A DNA stretch of 64,000 nt, taken from the NCBI GenBank assembly GCA_964016885.1, contig OZ024741.1, positions 51,646,001-51,710,000 of the forward strand, written 5' to 3'. The notes under the pieces were generated by a model that was given only the letters and a program-made list of their open reading frames with translations, was not told the DNA's origin and searched no databases. The translations under genes were made by a program, and so were the position numbers. This document shows positions 24,410 through 39,900 of this stretch, piece after piece; the first letter of the stretch is position 1; the number at the start of each line of letters is the position of its first letter. The stretch is from Eledone cirrhosa. Lineage: Eukaryota.

Positions 24410-25075
24410 TTCTACTTTAGACACAAGGCTTGTAATTTTGAGGGAGGGTAGGTGGAAGTTGATTAAATCGACCCCCGTACTTGACTTGACTTTATTTTAT
24501 TGACTTCAAAAGGATGAAAGGCAAACTTCATCTTAGAAGGATTTGAACTCAGAATGTAAAGAGCTGGAACAAATACGGCAAAGAGTGTGTCTGTTGCTCT
24601 AACAACTCGGTCAATCCACAGACTTTTTCCTAACAAAAATAATTGTTTCTACTATCGGCACAAGGCCAGCAATTATCCCAGTACATTACTGGTACTTTAT
24701 TTTATCGACCGCATAAGGATGAAAGATTACCCAGTGCATTACTGGTACTTTATTTTATCGACCCGTAAGGATGAAAGGCAAAGTTAACCTCCAAAAATAA
24801 TGGTCTCTGATTTAGGCAAACGGCTAACAATTTGTGAGGGAGGGGAAAATTGACAAAATCAACTCCAGTGTGTTACTGGTACTTAATTTTATCAATCCCA
24901 CAAGGATGAAAGGCATAGCTAACCTTGGCTGGATTTGAACTCAGAAAGTAAAGACCTGGAACAAATACTGCTAAGCATTTGTCCAATGCTCTACCAATTC
25001 CGCTAAGCATTTGTCCAATGCTCTACCAATTCCGCTAAGCATTTGTCCAGCACTCTACCAATTCTGCTAAGCCAA
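24410..25075 (-). mobile_element. Tandem cluster of 3-4 degenerate Nin-domain-like tRNA SINE copies
   Basis: Repeated tactggtactttattttatcgaccc..aaggatgaaaggc..atttgaactcagaa (minus strand: gagttcaaat B-box, then gcctttcatcctt..gtcgataaaataaagtaccag); 32-bp triplication at 24970-25070. Confidence 0.75.
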
Positions 25076-25520
25076 TGCCCCTGAAGACAAATATATAGCC
25101 CAAATTCCAGGATTTACATACATATACATAGCACACAGATAGTAGCTCTACTGGGTATATCACATATATTACATACAGTACACCATGACCTTATATATAC
25201 AACAGAGAAAATAGCACAACGAGGTACTGCACACATTATATAGAATATCCCAGGGCTTATATACACAACAGAGAAAATAGTATTATGAAGTACTGCACAC
25301 ATTTTATATATAATATATCCCAGGACTTATATACACAACAGAGAAAATAGTATTATGAAGTACTGCACACATTTTATATATAATATATCCCATTATATAT
25401 ATAATATATGACAGGATTTATATACTCAACAGAGAAAATAGTATTAGGAAGTACTGCACATATTTTATATATACCCATGACTTATATACACAACGGAGAA
25501 AATAATATTATGAAGTACTT

Positions 25521-25815
25521 CACGAACCAAAATATCGTCTTCCTGTTTTCGTTAGGTTGTAACGTTTCTTGAAATATTTGCTTCCGCGTTCACAGATTAC
25601 TCTCAGTGCAATTTGAATGGGAAATTCCTGTTTCATCGATTTTCTCCATAACCATGGAAGCTTGTACCTAAAAGTTGATCCAACGCCTCCTCCGGTCATT
25701 CTGCATAACTGTGTAAATTTTCGGTGCATTCTAACAAGCTGTTTCGACGTTTATCCGACTACACTTATCACTTCCTTAAATATACAACGTCCGACCACTT
25801 CCAATTTATATAGTA
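25521..25815. mobile_element. Non-satellite insert, partly homologous to Penelope pLTR A
   Basis: 25521-25598 is the reverse-complement homolog of 8161-8238 (aatctgt.aacgc..atatttcaa.aaa.gtt.caacc..acaggaagacgata.tttggttcgtg). Confidence 0.7.
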
Positions 25816-28800
25816 GATATCCCAGGACTTATATACACAACAGAGAGAATAGTATTATGAAGTACTGCACACATTATATATATAATATATCCCAGTACTT
25901 ATATACACAACAGAGAAAATAGTATTATGAAGTACTGCACACATTATATATATAATATATCCCAGGACTTATATAGACAACAGAGAAAATAATATTATGA
26001 AGTACTACACACATTTTATATATAATATATCCTATGATGTATATAAACAACAGAGAAAATAGTATTATGAAGTACTGCACACATTTTACATATATATCCC
26101 AGGACATATATACACAACAGAAAAAATAGTATTATGACGTACTGCACACATTTTATATATAATATATCCCAAGACTTATATACACAACAGAGAAAATAGT
26201 ATTATGAAGTACTGCACACAATATATATATAATATATCCCAGGACTTATATACACAACAGAGAAAATAGTATTATGAAGTACTGTACACATTTTATATAT
26301 AATATATCCCGGAACTTATATACACAACAGAGAAAATAATATTATGAAGTACTACACACATTTTATATATAATATATCCCAGGACTTATATACACAACAG
26401 AGAAAATAGTATTATGAAGTACTGTACACATTTTATATATAATATATCCCGGGACTTATATACACAACAGAGAAAATAATATTATGAAGTACTACACACA
26501 TTTTATATATAATATATCCCAGGACTTATATACACAACAGAGAAAATAGTATTATGAAGTACTGCACACATTATATATATAATATATCCCAGGACTTATA
26601 TACACAACAGAGAAAATAGTATTATGAAGTACTACACACAATTTATATATAAGATTACCCAGGAATTATATAAACAACTGAGAAAATAGTATTAGGAAGT
26701 ACTGCACACATTTTATATATAATATATCCCACGACTTATATACACAACAGAGAAAATAGTATTAGGAAGTACTGCACACATATATATAATATATCCCAGG
26801 ACTTATATACACAACAGAAAAATTATATTATGAAGTACTGCACACATTTTATATATAATATATCCCAAGGACTTATATACGCAACAGAGAAAACAGTATT
26901 ATGAAGTACTGCACACATTATATATATAATATATCCCAGGACTTATATACAGGTCATATATACACAACAGAAAAAATAATATTATGAAGTACTGTACACA
27001 TTTTATATATAATATATCCCAGTACTTATATACACAACAGAGAAAATAGTATTATGAAGGACTGCACACATTATATATATAATATATCCCAGGACATATA
27101 TAGACAACAGAGAAAATAGTATTATGAAGTACTGCACATATTTTATATATAATATATCCCAGGGCTTATATACACAACAGAGAAAATAGCATTGTGAAGT
27201 ACTGCACACATTTTATATATAATATATCACAGTACTTATATACACAACAGTGAAAATAATATTATGAAGTATTGCACACATTATATATATAAAATATCCT
27301 AGGACTTATATAGACAACAGAGACAATAGTATTATGAAGTACTGCACACATTTTATATATAATATATCCCAGGGCTTATATACACAACAGAGAAAATAGT
27401 ATTATGAAGTACTGCACACATTTTATATATAATATATCCCAGGTCTTATTTAGACAACAGAGAAAATAGTATTATGAGGTACTACACACATTTTATATAT
27501 AATATATCCCAGGACTTATATACACAAGAGAGAAAATAGTATTATGAAGTACTGCACACTATATATATATATAATATATCCCAAGACTTATATAGACAAC
27601 AGAGAAAATAGTATTATGAAGTATTGCACACATTTTATATATAATATATCCAAGGTCTTATATACACAGCAGAGAAAATAGTATTATGAAGTACTGCACA
27701 CATGTTAAATATAATATATCCCAGGACTTATATACACAACAGAGAAAATAGTATTATGAAGTACTGTACACATATTATATATAATATATCCCAGGACTTA
27801 TATACACAACAGAGAAAATAGTATTATGAAGTACTACACACATTTAATATATAATATATCACAGCACTTATATACACAGCAGAGAAAATAGCATTATGAA
27901 GTACTGCACACATTTTATATATAATATATCCCAGGACTTATATACACAACAGAGAAAATAGTATTATGAAGTACTGCACACAATATGTATATAATATATC
28001 CCGGGACTTATATAGACAACAGAGAAAATAGTATTATGAAGTACTGCACACATTTTATATATAATATATCACAGGATCTTTATAGACAACAGAGAAAATA
28101 GTATTATGAAGTACTACACACATTTTATATATAATATATCCCAGGTCTTATATACACAACAGAGAAAATAATATTATGAAGTACTACACACAATTTATAT
28201 ATAATATATCCCAGGACTTATATACACAACAGAGAAAATAGTATTATGAAGTACTGTACACATATTATATATAATATATTCAAGGACTTATATACACAAC
28301 AGAGAAAATAATATTATGAAGTACTACACACATTTTATATATAATATATCCCAGGACTTATATACGCAACAGAGAAAATAGTATTATGAAGTACTACACA
28401 CATTTTATATATATAACATATCCCAGGACTTATATAGACAACAGAGAAAATAGTATTATGAAGTACTGTACACATTTTATATATAATATATCCCAGGTCT
28501 TATATACACAACAGAGAAAATAATATTATGAAGTACTACACACAATTTATATATAAGATTACCCAGGAATTATATACACAACTGAGAAAATAGTATTAGG
28601 AAGTACTACACACATTTTATATATAATATATCCCGGCACTTATATAGACAACAGAGAAAATAGTATTATGAAGTACTGCACACATTTTATATATAATATA
28701 TCCCACGACTTATATACACAACAGAGAAAATAGTATTAGGAAGTACTGCACACATATATATAATATATCCCAGGACTTATATACACAACAGAAAAATTAT

Positions 28801-29686
28801 ATTACGAAGTACTGCACACATTTTATATATAATATATCCCAAGGACTTATATACGCAACAGAGAAAACAGTATTATGAAGTACTGCACACATTATATATA
28901 TAATATATCCCAGGACTTATATACACAACAGTGAAAATAATATTATGAAGTATTGCACACATTTTATATATAATATATCCCAGGTCTTATTTAGACAACA
29001 GAGAAAATAGTATTATGAAGTACTACACACATTTTATATATAATATATCCCAGGACTTACATACACAAGAGAGAAAATAGTATTATGAAGTACTGCACAC
29101 TATATATATATAATATATCCCAAGACTTATATAGACAACAGAGAAAATAGTATTATGAAGTACTGCACATATTTTATATATAATATATCCCAGGGCTTAT
29201 ATACACAACAGAGAAAATAGTATTGTGAAGTACTGCACACATTTTATATATAATATATCCCAGGACTTATATACAAAACAGAGAAAAAATATTATGAAGT
29301 ACTGCACACAATATATATATAATATATCCCAGGACTTATATAGACAACAGAGAAAATAGTATTATGGAATACCGCACACATTTTATATATAATATATCCC
29401 AGCTCTTATATACACAACAGAGAAAATAGTATTATGAAGTACTGTACACATATTATATATAATATATCCCAGGACTTATATACACAACAGAGAAAATAGT
29501 ATTATGAAGTACTACACACATTTAATATATAATATATCACAGCACTTATATACACAGCAGAGAAAATAGCATTATGAAGTACTGCACACATTTTATATAT
29601 AATATATCCCAGGACTTATATACACAACAGAGAAAATAGTATTATGAAGTACTGCACACAATATGAATATAATATATCCCGGGACT

Positions 29687-30479
29687 TACTTCATAATACT
29701 ATTTTCTCTGTTGTGTATATAAGTCCTGCGATATATTATATATAAAATGTGTGTAGTACTTCATAATGTTATTTTCTCTGTTGTGTATATAACACCTGGG
29801 ATATATTATATATAAAATGAGGCCAGTACTTCATAATACTATTTTCTCTGTTGTATATATAAGTCCTTTTATATATTATATATATATTGTGTGCAATACT
29901 TCATAATACTATTTTCTCTGTTGTGTATATAAGTCCTGGGATATATTATATATATAATGTGTGCAGTACTTCATAATACTATTTTCTCTGTTGTGTATAT
30001 AAGTACTGGGATATATTATATATAAAATGTGTACAGTACTTCAAAATATTATTTTTTCTGTTGTGTATATATGACCTGTATATAAGTCCTTGGGATATAT
30101 TATATATAAAATGTGTGCAGTACTTCATAATATAATTTTTCTGTTGTGTATATAAGTCCTGGGATATATTATATATATGTGTGCAGTACTTCCTAATACT
30201 ATTTTCTCTGTTGTGTATATAAGTCGTGGGATATATTATATATAAAATGTGTGCAGTACTTCCTAATACTATTTTCTCAGTTGTGTATATAATTCCTGGG
30301 TAATCTTATATATAAATTGTGTGTAGTACTTCATAATATTATTTTCTCTGTTGTCTATATAAGTCCTGGGATATATTATATATATAATGTGTGCAGTACT
30401 TCATAATACTATTTTCTCTGTTGTGTATATAAGTCCTGGGATATATTATATATAAAATGTGTGCAGTACTTCATAATGC
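29687..30479 (-). repeat. Inverted block of about 11 satellite monomers (copy 1)
   Basis: Orientation switches at gggactta/tacttcataatact and reverts at tcataatgc/agtcttatatgcac. Confidence 0.95.
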
Positions 30480-33144
30480 AGTCTTATATGCACAACAGAG
30501 AAAATAGTATTATGATGTACTTCACAAGTTCTATATATAATATATCCCAGGACTTATATACAAAACAGAGAAAATAGTATTATGAAGTACTCTACACATA
30601 TTATATATAATATATCCCAGGACTTATATAGACAACAGCGAAAAGAGTATTATGATGTACTGCAAACATTTTATATATAATATATCCAAGGTCTTATATA
30701 CACAAGATAGAAAATAGTATTATGAAGTACTGCACACTATATATATATATAATATATCCCAAGACTTATATAGACAACAGAGAAAATAGTATTATGAAGT
30801 ATTGCACACATTTTATATATAATATATCCAAGGTCTTATATACACAGCAGAGAAAATAGTATTATGAAGTACTGCACACATGTTAAATATAATATATCCC
30901 AGGACTTATATACACAACAGAGAAAATAGTATTATGAAGTACTGTACACATATTATATATAATATATCCCAGGACTTATATACACAACAGAGAAAATAGT
31001 ATTATGAAGTACTACACACATTTAATATATAATATATCACAGCACTTATATACACAGCAGAGAAAATAGCATTATGAAGTACTGCACACATTTTATATAT
31101 AATATATCCCAGGACTTATATACACAACAGAGAAAATAGTATTATGAAGTACTGCACACAATATGTATATAATATATCCCGGGACTTATATAGACAACAG
31201 AGAAAATAGTATTATGAAGTACTGCACACATTTTATATATAATATATCACAGGATCTTTATAGACAACAGAGAAAATAGTATTATGAAGTACTACACACA
31301 TTTTATATATAATATATCCCAGGTCTTATATACACAACAGAGAAAATAATATTATGAAGTACTACACACAATTTATATATAATATATCCCAGGACTTATA
31401 TACACAACAGAGAAAATAGTATTATGAAGTACTGTACACATATTATATATAATATATCCCAGGACTTATATACACAACAGAGAAAATAATATTATGAAGT
31501 ACTACACACATTTTATATATAATATATCCCAGGACTTATATACGCAACAGAGAAAATAGTATTATGAAGTACTACACACATTTTATATATATAACATATC
31601 CCAGGACTTATATAGACAACAGAGAAAATAGTATTATGAAGTACTGTACACATTTTATATATAATATATCCCAGGTCTTATATACACAACAGAGAAAATA
31701 ATATTATGAAGTACTACACACAATTTATATATAAGATTACCCAGGAATTATATACACAACTGAGAAAATAGTATTAGGAAGTACTACACACATTTTATAT
31801 ATAATATATCCCGGCACTTATATAGACAACAGAGAAAATAGTATTATGAAGTACTGCACACATTTTATATATAATATATCCCACGACTTATATACACAAC
31901 AGAGAAAATAGTATTAGGAAGTACTGCACACATATATATAATATATCCCAGGACTTATATACACAACAGAAAAATTATATTACGAAGTACTGCACACATT
32001 TTATATATAATATATCCCAAGGACTTATATACGCAACAGAGAAAACAGTATTATGAAGTACTGCACACATTATATATATAATATATCCCAGGACTTATAT
32101 ACACAACAGAGAAAGAAGTATTATGAAGTACTGCACACATTTTATATATAATATATCCCAGGACTTATATACACAACAGAGAAAATAGTATTATGAAGTA
32201 CTGCATACAATATATATATAATATATCCCAGGACATATATAGACAACAGAGAAAATAGTATTATGAAGTACTGCACATATTTTATATATAATATATCCCA
32301 GGGCTTATATACACAACAGAGAAAATAGTATTGTGAAGTACTGCACACATTTTATATATAATATATCACAGTACTTATATACACAACAGTGAAAATAATA
32401 TTATGAAGTATTGCACACATTTTATATATAATATATCCCAGGTCTTATTTAGACAACAGAGAAAATAGTATTATGAAGTACTACACACATTTTATATATA
32501 ATATATCCCAAGACTTACATACACAAGAGAGAAAATAGTATTATGAAGTACTGCACACTATATATATATAATATATCCCAAGACTTATATAGACAACAGA
32601 GAAAATAGTATTATGAAGTACTGCACATATTTTATATATAATATATCCCAGGGCTTATATACACAACAGAGAAAATAGTATTGTGAAGTACTGCACACAT
32701 TTTATATATAATATATCCCAGGACTTATATACAAAACAGAGAAAAAATATTATGAAGTACTGCACACAATATATATATAATATATCCCAGGACTTATATA
32801 GACAACAGAGAAAATAGTATTATGGAATACCGCACACATTTTATATATAATATATCCCAGCTCTTATATACACAACAGAGAAAATAGTATTATGAAGTAC
32901 TGTACACATATTATATATAATATATCCCAGGACTTATATACACAACAGAGAAAATAGTATTATGAAGTACTACACACATTTAATATATAATATATCACAG
33001 CACTTATATACACAGCAGAGAAAATAGCATTATGAAGTACTGCACACATTTTATATATAATATATCCCAGGACTTATATACACAACAGAGAAAATAGTAT
33101 TATGAAGTACTGCACACAATATGAATATAATATATCCCGGGACT

Positions 33145-33937
33145 TACTTCATAATACTATTTTCTCTGTTGTGTATATAAGTCCTGCGATATATTATATA
33201 TAAAATGTGTGTAGTACTTCATAATGTTATTTTCTCTGTTGTGTATATAACACCTGGGATATATTATATATAAAATGAGGCCAGTACTTCATAATACTAT
33301 TTTCTCTGTTGTATATATAAGTCCTTTTATATATTATATATATATTGTGTGCAATACTTCATAATACTATTTTCTCTGTTGTGTATATAAGTCCTGGGAT
33401 ATATTATATATATAATGTGTGCAGTACTTCATAATACTATTTTCTCTGTTGTGTATATAAGTACTGGGATATATTATATATAAAATGTGTACAGTACTTC
33501 AAAATATTATTTTTTCTGTTGTGTATATATGACCTGTATATAAGTCCTTGGGATATATTATATATAAAATGTGTGCAGTACTTCATAATATAATTTTTCT
33601 GTTGTGTATATAAGTCCTGGGATATATTATATATATGTGTGCAGTACTTCCTAATACTATTTTCTCTGTTGTGTATATAAGTCGTGGGATATATTATATA
33701 TAAAATGTGTGCAGTACTTCCTAATACTATTTTCTCAGTTGTGTATATAATTCCTGGGTAATCTTATATATAAATTGTGTGTAGTACTTCATAATATTAT
33801 TTTCTCTGTTGTCTATATAAGTCCTGGGATATATTATATATATAATGTGTGCAGTACTTCATAATACTATTTTCTCTGTTGTGTATATAAGTCCTGGGAT
33901 ATATTATATATAAAATGTGTGCAGTACTTCATAATGC
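33145..33937 (-). repeat. Inverted satellite block (copy 2, offset 3458 bp)
   Basis: Same junctions and same private variants as 29687-30479. Confidence 0.95.
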
Positions 33938-36900
33938 AGTCTTATATGCACAACAGAGAAAATAGTATTATGATGTACTTCACAAGTTCTATATATAATA
34001 TATCCCAGGACTTATATACAAAACAGAGAAAATAGTATTATGAAGTACTCTACACATATTATATATAATATATCCCAGGACTTATATAGACAACAGCGAA
34101 AAGAGTATTATGATGTACTGCAAACATTTTATATATAATATATCCAAGGTCTTATATACACAAGATAGAAAATAGTATTATGAAGTACTGCACACTATAT
34201 ATATATATAATATATCCCAAGACTTATATAGACAACAGAGAAAATAGTATTATGAAGTATTGCACACATTTTATATATAATATATCCAAGGTCTTATATA
34301 CACAGCAGAGAAAATAGTATTATGAAGTACTGCACACATGTTAAATATAATATATCCCAGGACTTATATACACAACAGAGAAAATAGTATTATGAAGTAC
34401 TGTACACATATTATATATAATATATCCCAGGACTTATATACACAACAGAGAAAATAGTATTATGAAGTACTACACACATTTAATATATAATATATCACAG
34501 CACTTATATACACAGCAGAGAAAATAGCATTATGAAGTACTGCACACATTTTATATATAATATATCCCAGGACTTATATACACAACAGAGAAAATAGTAT
34601 TATGAAGTACTGCACACAATATGTATATAATATATCCCGGGACTTATATAGACAACAGAGAAAATAGTATTATGAAGTACTGCACACATTTTATATATAA
34701 TATATCACAGGATCTTTATAGACAACAGAGAAAATAGTATTATGAAGTACTACACACATTTTATATATAATATATCCCAGGTCTTATATACACAACAGAG
34801 AAAATAATATTATGAAGTACTACACACAATTTATATATAATATATCCCAGGACTTATATACACAACAGAGAAAATAGTATTATGAAGTACTGTACACATA
34901 TTATATATAATATATCCCAGGACTTATATACACAACAGAGAAAATAATATTATGAAGTACTACACACATTTTATATATAATATATCCCAGGACTTATATA
35001 CGCAACAGAGAAAATAGTATTATGAAGTACTACACACATTTTATATATATAACATATCCCAGGACTTATATAGACAACAGAGAAAATAGTATTATGAAGT
35101 ACTGTACACATTTTATATATAATATATCCCAGGTCTTATATACACAACAGAGAAAATAATATTATGAAGTACTACACACAATTTATATATAAGATTACCC
35201 AGGAATTATATACACAACTGAGAAAATAGTATTAGGAAGTACTACACACATTTTATATATAATATATCCCGGCACTTATATAGACAACAGAGAAAATAGT
35301 ATTATGAAGTACTGCACACATTTTATATATAATATATCCCACGACTTATATACACAACAGAGAAAATAGTATTAGGAAGTACTGCACACATATATATAAT
35401 ATATCCCAGGACTTATATACACAACAGAAAAATTATATTACGAAGTACTGCACACATTTTATATATAATATATCCCAAGGACTTATATACGCAACAGAGA
35501 AAACAGTATTATGAAGTACTGCACACATTATATATATAATATATCCCAGGACTTATATACACAACAGAGAAAGAAGTATTATGAAGTACTGCACACATTT
35601 TATATATAATATATCCCAGGACTTATATACACAACAGAGAAAATAGTATTATGAAGTACTGCATACAATATATATATAATATATCCCAGGACATATATAG
35701 ACAACAGAGAAAATAGTATTATGAAGTACTGCACATATTTTATATATAATATATCCCAGGGCTTATATACACAACAGAGAAAATAGTATTGTGAAGTACT
35801 GCACACATTTTATATATAATATATCACAGTACTTATATACACAACAGTGAAAATAATATTATGAAGTATTGCACACATTTTATATATAATATATCCCAGG
35901 TCTTATTTAGACAACAGAGAAAATAGTATTATGAAGTACTACACACATTTTATATATAATATATCCCAAGACTTACATACACAAGGGAGAAAATAGTATT
36001 ATGAAGTACTGCACACTATATATATATAATATATCCCAAGACTTATATAGACAACAGAGAAAATAGTATTATGAAGTACTGCACATATTTTATATATAAT
36101 ATATCCCAGGGCTTATATACACAACAGAGAAAATAGTATTGTGAAGTACTGCACACATTTTATATATAATATATCCCAAGACTTATATACAAAACAGAGA
36201 AAAAATATTATGAAGTACTGCACACAATATATATATAATATATCCCAGGACTTATATAGACAACAGAGAAAATAGTATTATGGAATACCGCACACATTTT
36301 ATATATAATATATCCCAGCTCTTATATACACAACAGAGAAAATAGTATTATGAAGTACTGTACACATATTATATATAATATATCCCAGGACTTATATACA
36401 CAACAGAGAAAATAGTATTATGAAGTACTACACACATTTAATATATAATATATCACAGCACTTATATACACAGCAGAGAAAATAGCATTATGAAGTACTG
36501 CACACATTTTATATATAATATATCCCAGGACTTATATACACAACAGAGAAAATAGTATTATGAAGTACTCTACACATATTATATATAATATATCCCAGGA
36601 CTTATATAGACAACAGCGAAAAGAGTATTATGATGTACTGCAAACATTTTATATATAATATATCCAAGGTCTTATATACACAAGAGAGAAAATAGTATTA
36701 TGAAGTACTGCACACTATATATATATATAATATATCCCAAGACTTATATAGACAACAGAGAAAATAGTATTATGAAGTATTGCACACATTTTATATATAA
36801 TATATCCAAGGTCTTATATACACAGCAGAGAAAATAGTATTATGAAGTACTGCACACATGTTAAATATAATATATCCCAGGACTTATATACACAACAGAG

Positions 36901-39900
36901 AAAATAGTATTATGAAGTACTGTACACATATTATATATAATATATCCCAGGACTTATATACACAACAGAGAAAATAGTATTATGAAGTACTACACACATT
37001 TAATATATAATATATCACAGCACTTATATACACAGCAGAGAAAATAGCATTATGAAGTACTGCACACATTTTATATATAATATATCCCAGGACTTATATA
37101 CACAACAGAGAAAATAGTATTATGAAGTACTGCACACAATATGTATATAATATATCCCGGGACTTATATAGACAACAGAGAAAATAGTATTATGAAGTAC
37201 TGCACACATTTTATATATAATATATCACAGGATCTTTATAGACAACAGAGAAAATAGTATTATGAAGTACTACACACATTTTATATATAATATATCCCAG
37301 GTCTTATATACACAACAGAGAAAATAATATTATGAAGTACTACACACAATTTATATATAATATATCCCAGGAGTATATACACAACAGAGAAAATAGTATT
37401 ATGAAGTACTGTACACATATTATATATAATATATCCCAGGACTTATATACACAACAGAGAAAATAATATTATGAAGTACTACACACATTTTATATATAAT
37501 ATATCCCAGGACTTATATACGCAACAGAGAAAATAGTATTATGAAGTACTACACACATTTTATATATATAACATATCCCAGGACTTATATAGACAACAGA
37601 GAAAATAGTATTATGAAGTACTGTACACATTTTATATATAATATATCCCAGGTCTTATATACACAACAGAGAAAATAATATTATGAAGTACTACACACAA
37701 TTTATATATAAGATTACCCAGGAATTATATACACAACTGAGAAAATAGTATTAGGAAGTACTACACACATTTTATATATAATATATCCCAGCACTTATAT
37801 AGACAACAGAGAAAATAGTATTATGAAGTACTGCACACATTTTATATATAATATATCCCACGACTTATATACACAACAGAGAAAATAGTATTAGGAAGTA
37901 CTGCACACATATATATAATATATCCCAGGACTTATATACACAACAGAAAAATTATATTACGAAGTACTGCACACATTTTATATATAATATATCCCAAGGA
38001 CTTATATACGCAACAGAGAAAACAGTATTATGAAGTACTGCACACATTATATATATAATATATCCCAGGACTTATATACACAACAGAGAAAGAAGTATTA
38101 TGAAGTACTGCACACATTTTATATATAATATATCCCAGGACTTATATACACAACAGAGAAAATAGTATTATGAAGTACTGCATACAATATATATATAATA
38201 TATCCCAGGACATATATAGACAACAGAGAAAATAGTATTATGAAGTACTGCACATATTTTATATATAATATATCCCAGGGCTTATATACACAACAGAGAA
38301 AATAGTATTGTGAAGTACTGCACACATTTTATATATAATATATCACAGTACTTATATACACAACAGTGAAAATAATATTATGAAGTATTGCACACATTTT
38401 ATATATAATATATCCCAGGTCTTATTTAGACAACAGAGAAAATAGTATTATGAAGTACTACACACATTTTATATATAATATATCCCAGGACTTACATACA
38501 CAAGAGAGAAAATAGTATTATGAAGTACTGCACACTATATATATATAATATATCCCAAGACTTATATAGACAACAGAGAAAATAGTATTATGAAGTACTG
38601 CACATATTTTATATATAATATATCCCAGGGCTTATATACACAACAGAGAAAATAGTATTGTGAAGTACTGCACACATTTTATATATAATATATCCCAGGA
38701 CTTATATACAAAACAGAGAAAAAATATTATGAAGTACTGCACACAATATATATATAATATATCCCAGGACTTATATAGACAACAGAGAAAATAGTATTAT
38801 GGAATACCGCACACATTTTATATATAATATATCCCAGCTCTTATATACACAACAGAAAAAATAGTATTATGAAGTACTGTACACATATTATATATAATAT
38901 GTCCCAGGACTTATATACACAACAGAGAAAATAGTATTATGAAGTACTACACACATTTAATATATAATATATCACAGCACTTATATACACAGCAGAGAAA
39001 ATAGCATTATGAAGTACTGCACACATTTTATATATAATATATCCCAGGACTTATATACACAACAGAGAAAATAGTATTATGAAGTACTGCACACAATATG
39101 TATATAATATATCCCGGGACTTATATAGACAACAGAGAAAATAGTATTATGAAGTACTGCACACATTTTATATATAATATATCACAGGATCTTTATAGAC
39201 AACAGAGAAAATAGTATTATGAAGTACTACACACATTTTATATATAATATATCCCAGGTCTTATATACACAACAGAGAAAATAAAATTATGAAGTACTAC
39301 ACACAATTTATATATAATATATCCCAGGAGTATATACACAACAGAGAAAATAGTATTATGAAGTACTGTACACATATTATATATAATATATCCCAGGACT
39401 TATATACACAACAGAGAAAATAATATTATGAAGTACTACACACATTTTATATATAATATATCCCAGGACTTATATACGCAACAGAGAAAATAGTATTATG
39501 AAGTACTACACACATTTTATATATATAACATATCCCAGGACTTATATAGACAACAGAGAAAATAGTATTATGAAGTACTGTACACATTTTATATATAATA
39601 TATCCCAGGTCTTATATACACAACAGAGAAAATAATATTATGAAGTACTACACACAATTTATATATAAGATTACCCAGGAATTATATACACAACTGAGAA
39701 AATAGTATTAGGAAGTACTACACACATTTTATATATAATATATCCCAGCACTTATATAGACAACAGAGAAAATAGTATTATGAAGTACTGCACACATTTT
39801 ATATATAATATATCCCACGACTTATATACACAACAGAGAAAATAGTATTAGGAAGTACTGCACACATATATATAATATATCCCAGGACTTATATACACAA

